From Carcharhinus longimanus (taxonomy: Eukaryota): a stretch of 64,000 bases of DNA. Positions 61,961-64,000 of the stretch are shown one piece after another. The stretch is taken from NCBI GenBank assembly GCA_030264375.1, contig JASCQW010000099.1:56276524-56340523 (forward strand), read 5' to 3'. How positions within the stretch are numbered: position 1 is the stretch's first letter; each line of letters starts with the position of its first letter. Below the pieces are notes generated by a model, which was not told the origin of the DNA, did not search any database, and saw only the letters and a list, made by a program, of their open reading frames with translations. The position numbers and the translations under genes are program-made.

Positions 61961-63679
61961 AAGCCTTTGAAACAATCAGGGGAAGGAACCTGATGGTGCA
62001 ACATCATTTAAAGTGTAAAATGGGTTCCTAAGCCTTTACTAAAGCAGGCAGGTGTTAGGTTATCTAATTGCATTTGTCCTAACGCATGTTTCATGCATGT
62101 GGTCTGGATTCCCATACAAGGGTATTTTCCATCATAATGGATGGTGTGCATCTACTTAATACCTGTGAATTGTAGGGGCACAATATTAGAGGATCAGATA
62201 ATTCTGGAGTACCAGGGTTAGATTTTGGGACAGCATGGAATAGGGTGGGAGAAAAAAAAGATGTCTGGAGCACAGATCTGGAAGTTTAGCCTCATTTCCA
62301 TCTCTGACTATTTTCAGCAGTGCAGGAAAGAGGGAGGGTCGGGGGTCCTGTACAATGCTGTCTAGAAGTTACTGGCCCTATTCTAGAAGTGGGCACTTCT
62401 GAACGTCTGCATTTTTCAGCAAGACAACCATGTTTTGAAAGCCTTTCGGTGTATGGAGATGTGTGCGATGGATTGGAGGTGGAAAGAATCTAAAGTGTAA
62501 GTAAAAATGGTGTTGACCCCTTTACAGTTCGTAGCTTGTGTTATATCCATGTTTACTAAAGTGAGTTATGACAGTGCTGTGACAGGAAAAGGTAAATGAC
62601 CATTAAATAATGTGTTTGCCAGGTTGTTATTTCTGACAAGTGACAAGCTGTAAATGAAAGTACAGCATTGTAAAAATGGAAAAGTCTTCAGATGCATTAA
62701 AATAGATCATCCACTGGATAATATGCTATTTTGCATTGTAAATTATTGAAAGTGTAGTCCAGTATGAGAGACAGAACTAATTGTTTAAACTTTTCCCATG
62801 ACTTTCCTTTTTTTTCACAGAGCAGCTCAGATTTTTTTTGATTGTTTGAAGCTTTGACAGGTGTATGTGCTTTAATTTGTGCAGAGTAGCTAAGCCTTTT
62901 TTGGCTGTTTGAAAGCTTTGACAGTGCAAAATCCATTGTACAGATTTGCTGACACAGGTATTTGAGGTGAATGTGATCTTGTTTATTTAGAAACAATTCT
63001 GAACCTTTTGAAGAGGATAATAGTTTTTAAGTTGTTTGCAAGTAATGTTTGTTTATTTTGACAGATTTAGGAATTTACCAAAAACTTCCAAATGTTATTG
63101 CATAGCTTGTGAGTTCTGTTTATCATGAATACTTGGCAAGTTGTTTTGTGATGGAGGAAGGAGTGTTGGGGGGTGGGGGTTTGTGTTTGTGAGGATTGCA
63201 GATGGAGCAGTAGAGGATGGAGGTTAGGTAAAGGGAGTTAAGGTGGCGGGGTCAAGATGTAAGCTGGATAGGGGTTGAGGGCATTTCACTCTGATCTGCA
63301 GAGCTAGGCTGATGTCTCTGGGAATGAAGACAGGTCTTTGACCCAGGCCATCTTGGCATTGGCCACTCTGGTAGCAGGCCTGGCTTCAGGCTGTGCCCAC
63401 TTCCTTGGATGAAAATTTGCTAAATGCCACTGCTGGGGAATTTCTCAGTTCCCAAATCCTGCCTCCATAAATAAAATTCTACTCCATGTCTTCTACACTA
63501 CAGCTGTAATATTTAAGGGGCCTGTAGCTTTTGCTGTACCCAGTGGACTAAACTGTTCCTTGATATCAAGTGGAGTGAATCAAATTGCTTGAAGACTTTT
63601 TTTGGTTATGCTAAGGACATGCATAATCCAGTTGACACTTCTGATTGAAGATGGTTGCAAATGCTCCAGCCCTGTCTTC

Positions 63680-64000
63680 TTTTAAATTCTTTCATGGGTC
63701 GTGGGCATTGCTGGCTTGGCCAGCATTTTATTGACCATCCCATTTGCACTTGAGAAGGTGGTGGTGAACCACCTTCCAAAACTGCTGAAGTCCATGTGAT
63801 ATAGGTACACCCACAGAGCTCTGTGAGCTCCACAGAACTCCACAGAAGGGAGTTCCAGGATTTTGCCCCAGCCACAGTAAAGGAACAGCAATACAGTTCC
63901 CAGTCAGGATGGTGTGTGGCTTGGAGGGAACTTGCAGGTGGTGGTGTGACCATGCATCTGCTGACCTTGTCCTTCTAGGTTGCAGAGGTCCAGTTTGGAA
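63680..64000 (-). mobile_element. LINE 3' end (same family as 27780-28310), continues beyond the window
   Basis: ORF 63606..63953 (SSLQATHHPDWELYCCSFTVAGAKSWNS) matches ORF 27970..28347 (TSLQATHHPDLELYCCSFIVTGSKSWNS). Confidence 0.82.

Overview
Vertebrate genomic DNA, almost certainly an elasmobranch (shark), judged from the HE1/V-SINE, DeuSINE, CR1, Rex1, Penelope and Harbinger repeat content. It is a draft assembly with 11 N-gaps. The window lies inside the + strand of a KCNH1 (Eag1/Kv10.1) voltage-gated K+ channel gene. Four coding exons are present (393, 430, 200 and 253 nt, equivalent to human exons 6-9) and encode S1-S6, the pore, the C-linker and the start of the CNBHD. The next exon is not visible in the window. 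Nearly all other ORFs in the track are decayed transposon fragments or noise. The main unexplained structures are: (i) two minus-strand retroposons that each carry an inverted copy of sequence found 1.5-2.2 kb downstream, with snap-back or duplicated junctions, suggesting local template capture; (ii) minimal hammerhead-ribozyme motifs at Penelope-like element ends in the sense of the pre-mRNA; (iii) a decayed two-gene PIF/Harbinger transposon; (iv) a same-strand TGACAG cluster overlapping a possible poison exon. Repeat family names and human reference sequences are recalled from memory and alignments were done by eye; no database search was run.
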